From a virus (lineage: Duplodnaviria; Heunggongvirae; Uroviricota; Caudoviricetes): DNA of 29,866 bases. The position numbers were made by a program, and so were the translations under genes. Numbering within the stretch: the stretch's first letter is position 1; every line of letters starts with the position of its first letter. Of the stretch, positions 8,433 through 17,142 are shown in pieces. The notes below the pieces were generated by a model, which ran no database searches, was not told where the DNA came from, and saw only the letters and a list, made by a program, of their open reading frames with translations. The stretch lies in IMG/VR virus record IMGVR_UViG_3300028908_000001, positions 64,001 through 93,866 of that record; one strand, written 5' to 3'.

Positions 8433-8741
8433 TTATGCAGTATTTTTAGTCTCTATGGTGCCTACCTTTTCCACCCGGTATACATAGATACCGGTGGTGT
8501 ACTGCTCGATTTCCTCGACTGTCAGCTCATGCCCACGCTTCTCCGGCGGCATGTCCAGCGCGACAACGACAACTTCTTCGGCTTCCGCCGCCAGATCGAG
8601 CGGCAGCACCCCAATAACGCGCTTCCCGTGCACGTCATCCCTAGTGGCGTGAGAGATGACCATTTCATCGCCACTTATGATGCCGCGCTCACGGAGATAT
8701 TCCACCAGCGCTTGATGTCGGGTCACCACAATTGTTTCCAT
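8433..8741 (-). CDS. csx16: Csx16-like (Cas_VVA1548-type) protein, candidate cyclic-oligoadenylate ring nuclease
   Basis: VVTRH..LVEYL, VIGVLPLDLAA and LDMPPEKRGHELTVEEI match the Csx16 pattern (SRH.GA, IGTLP..LAA, L..P...RG.EL..EE) and the size of about 100 aa. GGGAGG RBS lies 8 nt upstream. Confidence 0.8.
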   Translation of the reverse strand: METIVVTRHQALVEYLRERGIISGDEMVISHATRDDVHGKRVIGVLPLDLAAEAEEVVVVALDMPPEKRGHELTVEEIEQYTTGIYVYRVEKVGTIETKNTA

Positions 8742-8764
8742 TTGTCATGCCTCCCGAGTTGTAG

Positions 8765-8802
8765 TTATCCACACTTAGCATACCCGCACAACGGGTACTT
8801 CA
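8765..8802 (-). repeat. Imperfect direct repeat, copy 2 (orphan copy of the RNR 3' end)
   Basis: 31/38 nt identical to 9123-9160; translates as KYPLCGYAKCG* versus KCPLCGYAKCG*. Confidence 0.9.
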
Positions 8803-9117
8803 ATCTTTCCTCCCAGATATTCTTTCTTCCCAATCGGCGGGAGTAGGAATGGGTTCCAGTGCATGAGGACTGCCGCCACGTTTGGCGGCCGCGCGGCAAG
8901 CCTTCGCCACCAGCTCATAGCGCTGTTCCTCGGATAACATCTTGGCCGCCCAACGCACAACGTCGGCCAAGCAACTAGCACACAAGTCCGCCCATGTTGT
9001 TCGCCAATCTCCCGCGCCAGCAGCATCCGTATAGCGGTCAATGTTTATTCTCAATCTACCTGCGGCGTCGGGCTCGAGGAGCTTGCCGCACATGTCGCAT
9101 TTGCGAGCCAGCGTCAT
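8800..9117 (-). CDS. Small zinc-finger protein (CDMC...CASC)
   Basis: Two CxxC pairs; the likely start MTLARK at 9117 lies just after the RNR stop. Confidence 0.72.
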   Translation of the reverse strand: MTLARKCDMCGKLLEPDAAGRLRINIDRYTDAAGAGDWRTTWADLCASCLADVVRWAAKMLSEEQRYELVAKACRAAAKRGGSPHALEPIPTPADWEERISGRKD

Positions 9118-9122
9118 TATTA

Positions 9123-9160
9123 TCACCCACACTTAGCATATCCACATAGCGGGCACTTCA
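9123..9160 (-). repeat. Imperfect direct repeat, copy 1 (functional RNR 3' end)
   Basis: Pairs with 8765-8802. Confidence 0.9.
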
Positions 9161-12100
9161 TACATCCTTCTGAGTGTTCCATCGGCCCGCCGCATTCTGG
9201 GCAAGCACCATTCTTGCGCTCTTCGATCTGTACTCGCTGGCCCACGGCGGCCTCCAAGGCCTGTCCAAAAGCATCAGCACACGACAATACCTGGCGGCCA
9301 CCGGGTCCCCACGCGGGCATGTGACACGATATGCCACGCAGGTGCTTGATGATGTGCTCGGGGGCCACGCCTGAACGCAGGGCCAGCGAAATCATGCGGG
9401 CCAGTGCCTCCATCTGTGACGAAGCACATCCGCCAGCCTTCCCGATATTTCCAAAGACCTCAAAGGGCTTACTTTCCTCATCGAAGTTGATGGTGACGTA
9501 TAGTGTCCCGCATCCGGTAGTTACGGCCCGCGTTTCGCCCCTCAAGACATGGGGCCGCTTGCGCGGGCCTTCTTGCTTCTTCTCTTCTTTCTTCTTGCCC
9601 GTGGTCAGCACCTGCCCCGCGCGGCAACCATCCCTGTACACCGTGATACCCTTGCAGCCCAGATTGTATGCCAGCATGAATGCTTTGGCAACATCATCCT
9701 CGGAAGCATCATGCGGCATGTTGATTGTTTTGGAGCAAGCCGCATCTGTGTACTTCTGAAACGCCGCTTGGATACGCACATGCTGCTCTGGTGGCACTTC
9801 GTGGGCCGTCACGAAGAGTTTCTGTATGTCTTCGGGGACTTCTGATAACCCACGAACGGTGCCGCGAGCGGCCACCTTCTTCATCAATTCCTCAGAATAG
9901 AAGCCGCGGGCGCGGGCTATCTCCACAAACAGCGGATTGACTTCCACCAGCGTCTCGCCATCGAGAACATGCTTCTCATACGCCACGGCGAAGAGGGGTT
10001 CGATACCGCTTGAGCAGCCCGCGATGATGGAGATGCTGCCCGTCGGGGCTATCGTTGTACATGCCGCATTCCTCATCGGGCGGCCATCTTTTGCCCAAAC
10101 ACTTTCTTCCCACAGCGGGAAGTTGCCGCGCTCTTGAGCCAATGCGGTAGAAGCATGGTGAGCCGTATTCTGGACGTGGCTCATAATCTTCTCGGCCCAC
10201 TCGATAGCCTCGGGGCTATCATAGGCCACGCCCAGTTTAATCAAAGCATCGGCGAAGCCCATGATACCGAGGCCGATCTTGCGACTGGCCCGCGTGGCCT
10301 CCTCTATCTCCGGTAGCGGATACTTGTTGACGTCTATCACGTTGTCCAAGAACCGCACAGCCAGCGCAACTGCTTGGGCCAGTGCATACCAGTCGATGTG
10401 ATCCTCATGCACGAACTTGGATATATCTATTGAGCCGAGGTTGCACGACTCGTAGGGCCGCAGCGGTTGTTCCGCGCAGTTCCCAGTGACTATGCCATTG
10501 AATATGAGGCTGTGATATGTGGGCTGAGTAACGTCGTAGACCGACTCCTCGCCGATATAAGTAATTTCTGCAATCTCATCGCTGAACCGCTGGCGCTTGC
10601 GCAAGACTTTTCCTTGCCGCCAAGCCTCGTACTTTTCTTTGTGATGTGGCAACCGCCATCCTACAAGCTCGGCGAAGCGGGTGCGCGACTCACCATCAAT
10701 AATTAGCTCATACCAAGCAGCACATTGGTATGCCTTGGAGCCGCCGTGGCCATCAGGCAATAGGTGCTCACCAGCATCCCTGCGCTTGTAAACGCGGCTA
10801 AAAATGCCGAAGTTGGCCAGCAGCTTCTGCACATCATGCAACAAAGAGGGGCGCGTGCTAGATAGGCGGCAAGAACAGCGCGTTCCATCACTTGCGCCTA
10901 TTACGGTGCCATCGGTAGCAAATAGCCCATGCAAGTAGCCTATCACGCATTCGCGCGTTCCTTGCCATATCAGCTTCGGTACATGGAATTTGCAATCCTC
11001 GGTGACGCCAATGGAAGCGAGGGCGCGGCTTAATCTCTTAGAAGCCCACATCCACTTGTCGCGCTGGTCCTGTATTTGCTTGCGCGGCGACTGTTCGGGG
11101 ACCAATTGTTTGATAGCCGCTTCTATATCGGGGGCCAACACCTTCTTGGCACCCCACAAGCCGATGTTGACGCGCCCCGACTTATCCCAGTGGCCGTCGC
11201 CAGTTAGCACGCCTACAAGCAGCCCCAATTCATAATTGCCGAGCTGCCCCCAAGCGCCTTCGCCAGATTGGATGAGTAATTCATCCCCCACGCGAAGCTC
11301 GGAGAGCCGCAGTTTGCCGCGCGAAGTATAGAACTCGTGCCATGCTGTAGCCTTAATCTCATACCCCGCCTTGGTACGCACGCGAAACACAGGAGCCTTC
11401 TTGGCAGTCATGAATGCAGGCGTGGCTTCTTGCAAGACAACCCCTCGTTCTCCATCGATGGTCCGCCGGTCAACAGCCACGCGCACCGCTTCTCCCGACT
11501 CATACAGCTCCTTCATAGGGACAAGGCCCCTCTCGGTGTGCAGCAGTGTATCACCCGTGACACATGGGTTAGTGCTTTCGATGGGATGATTGGGCAGAGT
11601 ATGCGCAGCATTTACGCGGTCGATGAACAGCAGCCCCGGCTCGCCCATTGCCCAAGCATTGTGCACTATCTTATTCCATACCTCGCGGGCCTTTAGTTTC
11701 TTTACAGCCTTCCCCGTGCGCGGATTGATAAGTTCATATTCTCGATCCTCCTCGACGGCAGCCATAAACTCGTCTGTAATGGCTACCGAGATATTGAAGT
11801 TTGATAGCCGCCCGTCTTCCATCTTGGCGTCTATGAACTCCAAGATGTCGGGATGGTCCACGCGAAGTATGCCCATATTGGCCCCGCGTCGTTTACCACC
11901 TTGCTTAATGGTCTGCGTGGCCGCATCATACGCCTCCAGGAAGGAGACTGGCCCGGAAGCCACACCCTTGGTTGAGCGAACAATGTCACCGCGCGGCCGC
12001 AGCCGAGAGAACGAAAAGCCTGTGTTGTGTATTACCACCAAACCGTTCTGACCCGCGACATAGTTATTGTATGTATCTACCGTGAAGTCGTAGAAGTACT

Positions 12101-13781
12101 CGGCTGGTGCTTGGGGTACCTCCACGGCCTTAACGCGCCGTAATGCCGGGATCAGCCGCAGCAGGGCTTCTACGCGCCGTTGGCTGGCCGGAGAAAGACG
12201 CCGTGTTGACAATATCTGTCCCAGCATCGCAGTGGCTTGCGCGGGGGAAACACGGTTCGTTAAACGCCAGCGCTGGACATACAGCGTTTCGCCAGCGACA
12301 TCTACACCCTTGCGCCAAGCGTCCACACAGTGAGTACTTATGCCCACCTCCGCCAACAGCTTTTCAACATCACTAAAATCCCACGTGATGTTCAGACCGG
12401 CAGTGGGGCTGCTTAGCCAAGCTTGCAGGCGGCGGAGACGCTGTGAATGCTGTATATATCTGCCAGACAAGTCATAGAGCCGCTGTAGCATATCGGTTCC
12501 AGACACATATATTTCATACGTCGAGCGCCAATGCGCTTTTCGCGGTTGACGACATCGCGCCCGCGTCCTAATGCCGCAGAGGCTGAACAAGGCCGCAAGC
12601 TGCTGGGCAAGTTTAGCACTGGCCGTAGCATAGACAAACTCTGCCTTAGACTCGGAAACAAAACCATCGGAGTCAAAGAGACCCGCGATGAACGTGGCAA
12701 TGGCTTCGCGACTCTGGAGGACAATCTTGGGAACCTCGACTTTTTCGTACTTCTCGCCCGGGCTAAGCCCGGTGTCGTGCGCCACGCACCGCACAAAATC
12801 TTGGTTGAGGCATGTAATGTAGAATACGCCATTCTTATCACGCTGTATAGCATAGCTGTGCCCCGCCAAAAGCGATAAAATCTGCTGCAGCTTCTTGATG
12901 GGTCCCCCATCCGCATCATACAGCCGCAGCCGCAAGCTTTGCTTGCCACTCAATCGGTGCCAACCCAAGTTGCCATTGCCGATGAAAAAGCCCAACAGAT
13001 AGGCATAATCAGGCGTGATATGCGGAACGTCAAGTAAATGCCCTATAGCTGCGATGGCGGTTTCGTTCGGAGCCACGACCCAATCGCCAGCCGCGAGCTC
13101 GGCAGCAGTCTTGGTGGCTACACGCCCGTTTTCAAAAACAAAAAACGGGTGCCAAGAGGATGTAAGCACGGACAGCCCACCGTTGAAGCGTACTAATCTC
13201 TGCTCCTCGGGCGGTACTCGGAAACGCCAAACATGGGTTATAGCAGCGGGCTTGAATGTGTTGTCTTGCGCATCGAAAGCGACAGTAGACAGCGCGCCGC
13301 TTGACACGCTGTAGCATTCTCCGGTGGGGGCCTCAACAGGCTCGGCTCCTCTGTGAATGGCATCCTCCACCACATCGCGGATCGGGCATAGTCCCGCAGT
13401 GTTAGTAAAGACGATGGCATCGCCGCTGATGCACCCGCCGCCCCCTTGATGGATCAGCGCCGCTTGTTTCATAGTCTCGAAGATACCATCCAGCGAGTCA
13501 TCGATGGGAAGTACGAAACAAGCGGATAGAAGCCCTATCTCGGTGCCCGCGTTCATCAACGTGGGGCTATTCGGCAAGAACTTCAGCGAAGACATTAGTT
13601 CATAGAACTTGGAGGCCCACTCGTCGGGGTCGTTGCCGTACCTTTCTTCAGCCGCCGCCACGGCGCGGGCCACCCGCCAGAACATCTCATCAGGAGTTTC
13701 TACAACGTTACCTTCCTCGTCGCGCAGGAGATACCGCTTCTCAAGCAGACGCAAAGCATTCTGGGACAAAGAAGCCCCCAT
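9123..13781 (-). CDS. nrdJ: Class II (adenosylcobalamin-dependent) ribonucleotide reductase containing two inteins; about 720 aa after splicing
   Basis: FLPNSPTLMNAG, LSACFV, GGKRRGANM, TNP|CAEQPL..ESCNLGS and TIAPTGSIS motifs, a C-terminal TSCPD-type domain and a Zn ribbon; no ATP cone. The start at 13781 follows GGAGG. Confidence 0.95.
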   Translation of the reverse strand: MGASLSQNALRLLEKRYLLRDEEGNVVETPDEMFWRVARAVAAAEERYGNDPDEWASKFYELMSSLKFLPNSPTLMNAGTEIGLLSACFVLPIDDSLDGIFETMKQAALIHQGGGGCISGDAIVFTNTAGLCPIRDVVEDAIHRGAEPVEAPTGECYSVSSGALSTVAFDAQDNTFKPAAITHVWRFRVPPEEQRLVRFNGGLSVLTSSWHPFFVFENGRVATKTAAELAAGDWVVAPNETAIAAIGHLLDVPHITPDYAYLLGFFIGNGNLGWHRLSGKQSLRLRLYDADGGPIKKLQQILSLLAGHSYAIQRDKNGVFYITCLNQDFVRCVAHDTGLSPGEKYEKVEVPKIVLQSREAIATFIAGLFDSDGFVSESKAEFVYATASAKLAQQLAALFSLCGIRTRARCRQPRKAHWRSTYEIYVSGTDMLQRLYDLSGRYIQHSQRLRRLQAWLSSPTAGLNITWDFSDVEKLLAEVGISTHCVDAWRKGVDVAGETLYVQRWRLTNRVSPAQATAMLGQILSTRRLSPASQRRVEALLRLIPALRRVKAVEVPQAPAEYFYDFTVDTYNNYVAGQNGLVVIHNTGFSFSRLRPRGDIVRSTKGVASGPVSFLEAYDAATQTIKQGGKRRGANMGILRVDHPDILEFIDAKMEDGRLSNFNISVAITDEFMAAVEEDREYELINPRTGKAVKKLKAREVWNKIVHNAWAMGEPGLLFIDRVNAAHTLPNHPIESTNPCVTGDTLLHTERGLVPMKELYESGEAVRVAVDRRTIDGERGVVLQEATPAFMTAKKAPVFRVRTKAGYEIKATAWHEFYTSRGKLRLSELRVGDELLIQSGEGAWGQLGNYELGLLVGVLTGDGHWDKSGRVNIGLWGAKKVLAPDIEAAIKQLVPEQSPRKQIQDQRDKWMWASKRLSRALASIGVTEDCKFHVPKLIWQGTRECVIGYLHGLFATDGTVIGASDGTRCSCRLSSTRPSLLHDVQKLLANFGIFSRVYKRRDAGEHLLPDGHGGSKAYQCAAWYELIIDGESRTRFAELVGWRLPHHKEKYEAWRQGKVLRKRQRFSDEIAEITYIGEESVYDVTQPTYHSLIFNGIVTGNCAEQPLRPYESCNLGSIDISKFVHEDHIDWYALAQAVALAVRFLDNVIDVNKYPLPEIEEATRASRKIGLGIMGFADALIKLGVAYDSPEAIEWAEKIMSHVQNTAHHASTALAQERGNFPLWEESVWAKDGRPMRNAACTTIAPTGSISIIAGCSSGIEPLFAVAYEKHVLDGETLVEVNPLFVEIARARGFYSEELMKKVAARGTVRGLSEVPEDIQKLFVTAHEVPPEQHVRIQAAFQKYTDAACSKTINMPHDASEDDVAKAFMLAYNLGCKGITVYRDGCRAGQVLTTGKKKEEKKQEGPRKRPHVLRGETRAVTTGCGTLYVTINFDEESKPFEVFGNIGKAGGCASSQMEALARMISLALRSGVAPEHIIKHLRGISCHMPAWGPGGRQVLSCADAFGQALEAAVGQRVQIEERKNGACPECGGPMEHSEGCMKCPLCGYAKCG
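10479..11564 (-). mobile_element. Intein 2 in RNR (362 aa, LAGLIDADG homing endonuclease) at the NP|C active-site position
   Basis: Begins CVTGDTLLHT and ends IVTGN followed by Cys. Endonuclease motifs LLVGVLTGDG and YLHGLFATDG. Confidence 0.93.
12024..13433 (-). mobile_element. Intein 1 in RNR (470 aa, LAGLIDADG-type) at the GGG|TG position
   Basis: Begins CISGDAIV and ends FYDFTV..NNYVAG..VVIHN followed by Thr. Motifs YLLGFFIGNG and FIAGLFDSDG. Confidence 0.93.
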
Positions 13782-13814
13782 CGACAAAGCCTCCAATCTA
13801 CAGGGGAATAGCGA

Positions 13815-14054
13815 TTACTTCGGGTCCTTGTATACTAGCTGCCTAAGCAGTACTGGGCAGATGTTCTTGGCTACTTCCTCTATTATGATGGCCGCCGCCG
13901 TGTGCCACCCAGCCTCCGCTCGGAATTCACGTTGCATCTCCTCATTCGCCTTGGCAGCCGCCGCCATGTCGTGCAGGTCCTTCGCCTCACGGCGATGGTA
14001 CTCAGCTATCTTATGCAGAAACTTCCTTGTGTCCTGGGGTACTTTCCACTCCAT
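13815..14054 (-). CDS. Hypothetical protein (79 aa)
   Basis: GGAGG RBS 7 nt before ATG; co-oriented. Confidence 0.75.
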   Translation of the reverse strand: MEWKVPQDTRKFLHKIAEYHRREAKDLHDMAAAAKANEEMQREFRAEAGWHTAAAIIIEEVAKNICPVLLRQLVYKDPK

Positions 14055-14814
14055 CGGAAATCCTCCAAGGTGCTACATATCGGCGTGCCCGCCGCCCGGG
14101 GTCCTGCTCCGGCAATGGTTCCAGCGGGAAGAAGCCCCGCACGTTGCGGAACCATTCTGACCAACCCAAGTAAGGGAATGCATGAACGCGCACCCTGTGG
14201 GCGTGGGCTATCAATGCCCACAGAGTCGGCTCCAATGTATGCTGTACCTCAAGGTACGCGCGGCAATACACCAGCGCTTCTATCATAGCTTGTGGCCGTG
14301 TTGGCTCAATGACCTCTACGGTTGGCCATAGCCGCGCGAAACGATGGAAAACCGTCTCTTCACCATGGTTGTTGACAATGATGATGCGTGCTCGCTCGGC
14401 GTCGTACTTCTCGGGCTGCAAACATGCTTCGTGCAAGAGCTGAAAGTCTATTGGCCGCCCGCGCTCGTAAATCATGCACACGTATGGCAGTTTTGTGCCA
14501 TCGCGCAGTTCACGACGCTTGAGCCTTACGCGGTGCACACGCAGACGGTCTATCCAAGGACCATAGCTACCGCCAGTCTGCCCAGCGAGCCACCCTGCTC
14601 CCGCATATGTTAGCGTCTTGACCACGGGTATGTCAAGCAAGACATCTACATCGGGTTTAACGGCCCCGCCGAGCGGGCGGCCCACATATTGCACCCGCCA
14701 CGTATAGATGGCGGGCCACACTATATCATCCGCAAACCCGCCTTGGGGCCGCCACGCGCCTCTAATCCTCAAGTGTCGCGCTATCTTCGACTCGGAGCAA
14801 TCGTGGGTCGCCAT
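14011..14814 (-). CDS. Hypothetical protein, possibly a highly diverged GT-B/GT9-like fold
   Basis: Long co-oriented ORF. GGFADDIV near the N-terminus and AMIEALVYCRAYL..WALIAHA echo the GT9 layout. The true start may be TTG at 14772. Confidence 0.55.
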   Translation of the reverse strand: MATHDCSESKIARHLRIRGAWRPQGGFADDIVWPAIYTWRVQYVGRPLGGAVKPDVDVLLDIPVVKTLTYAGAGWLAGQTGGSYGPWIDRLRVHRVRLKRRELRDGTKLPYVCMIYERGRPIDFQLLHEACLQPEKYDAERARIIIVNNHGEETVFHRFARLWPTVEVIEPTRPQAMIEALVYCRAYLEVQHTLEPTLWALIAHAHRVRVHAFPYLGWSEWFRNVRGFFPLEPLPEQDPGRRARRYVAPWRISDGVESTPGHKEVSA

Positions 14815-15013
14815 CTTGACCTAATACGTACCCCGTTAAGAGTGCCAACAACAATGCTGCGTCGTCGCTGACATCCCATGCTTCCTGCCAGCGACGCACA
14901 ACACCCACCCAATCAGCCAATCCTTCTGCTTCAGCATCCGGTAGCCGAAATATATTATCCGCCACGCTGTCGGCTCTTTCTTGAATCATGCGAACGACGT
15001 CTTTGGAGTTCAT
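14762..15013 (-). CDS. Hypothetical acidic protein (83 aa)
   Basis: Co-oriented with a GAGG upstream; no family recognised. Confidence 0.6.
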   Translation of the reverse strand: MNSKDVVRMIQERADSVADNIFRLPDAEAEGLADWVGVVRRWQEAWDVSDDAALLLALLTGYVLGQDGDPRLLRVEDSATLED

Positions 15014-15146
15014 GCTTCAACCTCTCCAAGCGGGCACGAAGCTTCTCCATGTGCTGCTGAGTCCATTGGCCGCCGCGTATCCAGCGGCTGGCCGATACAT
15101 GACTTCTGTGGCCGGGCTTCCGTTTGCGCCAGCTTTTACTGGCCAT
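14955..15146 (-). CDS. Small very basic protein (MASKSWRKRK...)
   Basis: GGAGGTG RBS at 15153-15159; Arg/Lys-rich. Confidence 0.6.
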   Translation of the reverse strand: MASKSWRKRKPGHRSHVSASRWIRGGQWTQQHMEKLRARLERLKHELQRRRSHDSRKSRQRGG

Positions 15147-15195
15147 CGTCATCACCTCCAATATGAATGGTACCACAAGCCGCGGGCTATCAAAC

Positions 15196-16563
15196 TCAAT
15201 AGTACCATTCCGCAGACCAAGGCCGCACGTCTACATGCATCCAAGTCTTCGCAATACCCCTGCCGCCTTTGGGATGATAGCTGCGCAAATATGCGACAAC
15301 ATCTCTGATTGGCACACCATGTATCTTGATGTCAGCCGCCATGCCCGCCATGTGGAAGCTCTTGGAAACACCACCGATGAACTTGTTGTAGTGATACGGC
15401 CGGAAACCGCTGATGATGGTTACCGGCTGCTCATAGTGGTTGCGAATGTCTTCCAGCAACTCCACCAAGCGAGGGTCTATGCGACAGTAGTCGGGGTAGC
15501 GCTCGCCCTTGTAGACGTAGGTCCAGCGTTCTGTAGCGTGATGGCCCGCGTGGGCCAAGAACCTCGCGCGGCTACCATAAGCAAGAAACTCCTTGCCGTG
15601 GAAGTGGTCTGACAGCCGCGCAGTTATTACATCCGCCGTCCTCAGTAGGCCTTTATTGTATTGTGGCCACGGGTTGTAGTAAGGCTGCCCCGGATTGGCA
15701 AGTGCCCCACCTTCGTACTTAAGAAGCTGCGCCCGCGGGAACTTCACCAGCTTGTAGCCCGCCGGTATTTCTGGCTCTGCAACGTGGTGGCGATACTCAT
15801 CGGGGTAGTCCTTCGTGTAGATATGCAGCACCGGCGGCTCCTTACTCCAGTCTATCTGCCCAATGTCCAATTCAATATCAGCGTCCCCCAAGAATTCTCG
15901 CAAACGCACATACGTCTCAGTCTTCCCTGTATGAGGATCGCGTATGAGGTAGCCCGCAACTCGCTCTTCGTCGCGTTCTCCGTCGTTGATAGCCACCATC
16001 AACGGTTTTACAATCTCTGGTCCGCGCATGGTCTCGACCTCCAGCAGGTTGCGCCAACGGTTCCATACTTGCCAGAAGACTTTGGCCCCGCTGATATGCG
16101 GGGTGTACATATATTGTGCCGCCGTGGCGGCATTTTCTGGTGTTACAGTTCCATCTGATAGCCGCCAGGGCTTGCCGACCTTCTTGGCCGCCGCAGGCTT
16201 GTACCAAGTACCCACAGCCTTCGCGCAGGAGAAGATTTGGTTGCGGACACCTTTGAATCTAGGAATGTCGTGGCTATCGGTGGCCCCGAAGCCGAGGGTA
16301 TAGTCAAGGGCACGTTGCCAGCCACGGCCGCCAGCACGGCGAGTAAGAAAACTTTGCTCCTTTTCGGCGGTTACCAAGAGGAAACGCTGGTCCACATCGT
16401 ATTGCCGCGCGGCTTCCTCTATCCACTCTGCGAACTGCGGCATATCTTGCAGCCGTGGGCTATTGATAGCCCGCAAGAACTCCTTTGTTGAGAATGTGGG
16501 ATTGTAGCCCCACACTTCATCGTTCTCGCAAATCCTATTGGGGTTCCATTGCTTGGAAGCCAC
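15196..16563 (-). CDS. Modular endolysin: N-terminal putative lysozyme-like domain, stalk domain, C-terminal peptidase M15
   Basis: C-terminus IISGFR..N..IGGVSKSFHMAGMAADI..HVDVR is peptidase M15. N-terminal LLVTAEKEQS..GF..NQI..NAATAAQYMYTPH resembles a cell-wall hydrolase domain (less certain). Confidence 0.85.
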   Translation of the reverse strand: MASKQWNPNRICENDEVWGYNPTFSTKEFLRAINSPRLQDMPQFAEWIEEAARQYDVDQRFLLVTAEKEQSFLTRRAGGRGWQRALDYTLGFGATDSHDIPRFKGVRNQIFSCAKAVGTWYKPAAAKKVGKPWRLSDGTVTPENAATAAQYMYTPHISGAKVFWQVWNRWRNLLEVETMRGPEIVKPLMVAINDGERDEERVAGYLIRDPHTGKTETYVRLREFLGDADIELDIGQIDWSKEPPVLHIYTKDYPDEYRHHVAEPEIPAGYKLVKFPRAQLLKYEGGALANPGQPYYNPWPQYNKGLLRTADVITARLSDHFHGKEFLAYGSRARFLAHAGHHATERWTYVYKGERYPDYCRIDPRLVELLEDIRNHYEQPVTIISGFRPYHYNKFIGGVSKSFHMAGMAADIKIHGVPIRDVVAYLRSYHPKGGRGIAKTWMHVDVRPWSAEWYY

Positions 16564-16566
16564 CGG

Positions 16567-17142
16567 CTACACCCCTAGCTCTTTTGTTATATGCCGCCAG
16601 CCGTCCACGTTTACATCATAATAGCGCAACTGGGCGGATGCCGCCATAGACCTATCGGCCACACTGTCGCCTATCACAACAGTACGCGGCGACGCTAAAT
16701 CTATCCCTAGCATCTCTTCGGCCGCCGCCAACATGCCCGTGCGTGGCTTGCGCCACGTGCATCCTTGCTCCCCAGTGTGGGTACAGACAAACACATGAAT
16801 ATCATAGGGCAGCGCCAGCGGCTCGAACTTCATATAGAGGTCGCCGCGCGGCCGCTTCTCTACAGCATAATATATCGTATCCGACACGCCGAGAACATCA
16901 CACCATTGTGATACAACCTCCAGCATAACTGCCTCGAATGCATCTAAGTCTAACAGCCCGCGACCGATACAAGACTGATTCGTCACACACACCAGTTGCC
17001 AACCGGCCAACCCTGCGCCATCAAGCGCTTCGACTGCTTCAGGTGTGATTTTGACTTGGTTGTGGCTAACCACATAGTACAGCCCTCGGCTGCTGCATTC
17101 TATGAGGGTGTCATCCCTATCAAAGAAAATAGCGGGTCTCAT
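16567..17142 (-). CDS. gmhB: GmhB-like HAD phosphatase (heptose-1,7-bisphosphate phosphatase family)
   Basis: AIFFDRDDTL, VCVTNQSCIGRG, CTH...C.WRKP.TGML and VIGDSVAD motifs. GGAGGT RBS precedes ATG 17142. Confidence 0.85.
   Translation of the reverse strand: MRPAIFFDRDDTLIECSSRGLYYVVSHNQVKITPEAVEALDGAGLAGWQLVCVTNQSCIGRGLLDLDAFEAVMLEVVSQWCDVLGVSDTIYYAVEKRPRGDLYMKFEPLALPYDIHVFVCTHTGEQGCTWRKPRTGMLAAAEEMLGIDLASPRTVVIGDSVADRSMAASAQLRYYDVNVDGWRHITKELGV

Noticed and set aside
9174-14160. Numerous + strand ORFs of 60-180 aa opposite RNR and other - arm genes
   Set aside because: These are antisense shadow frames expected in GC-rich DNA; no recognisable motifs or convincing RBS were noted.
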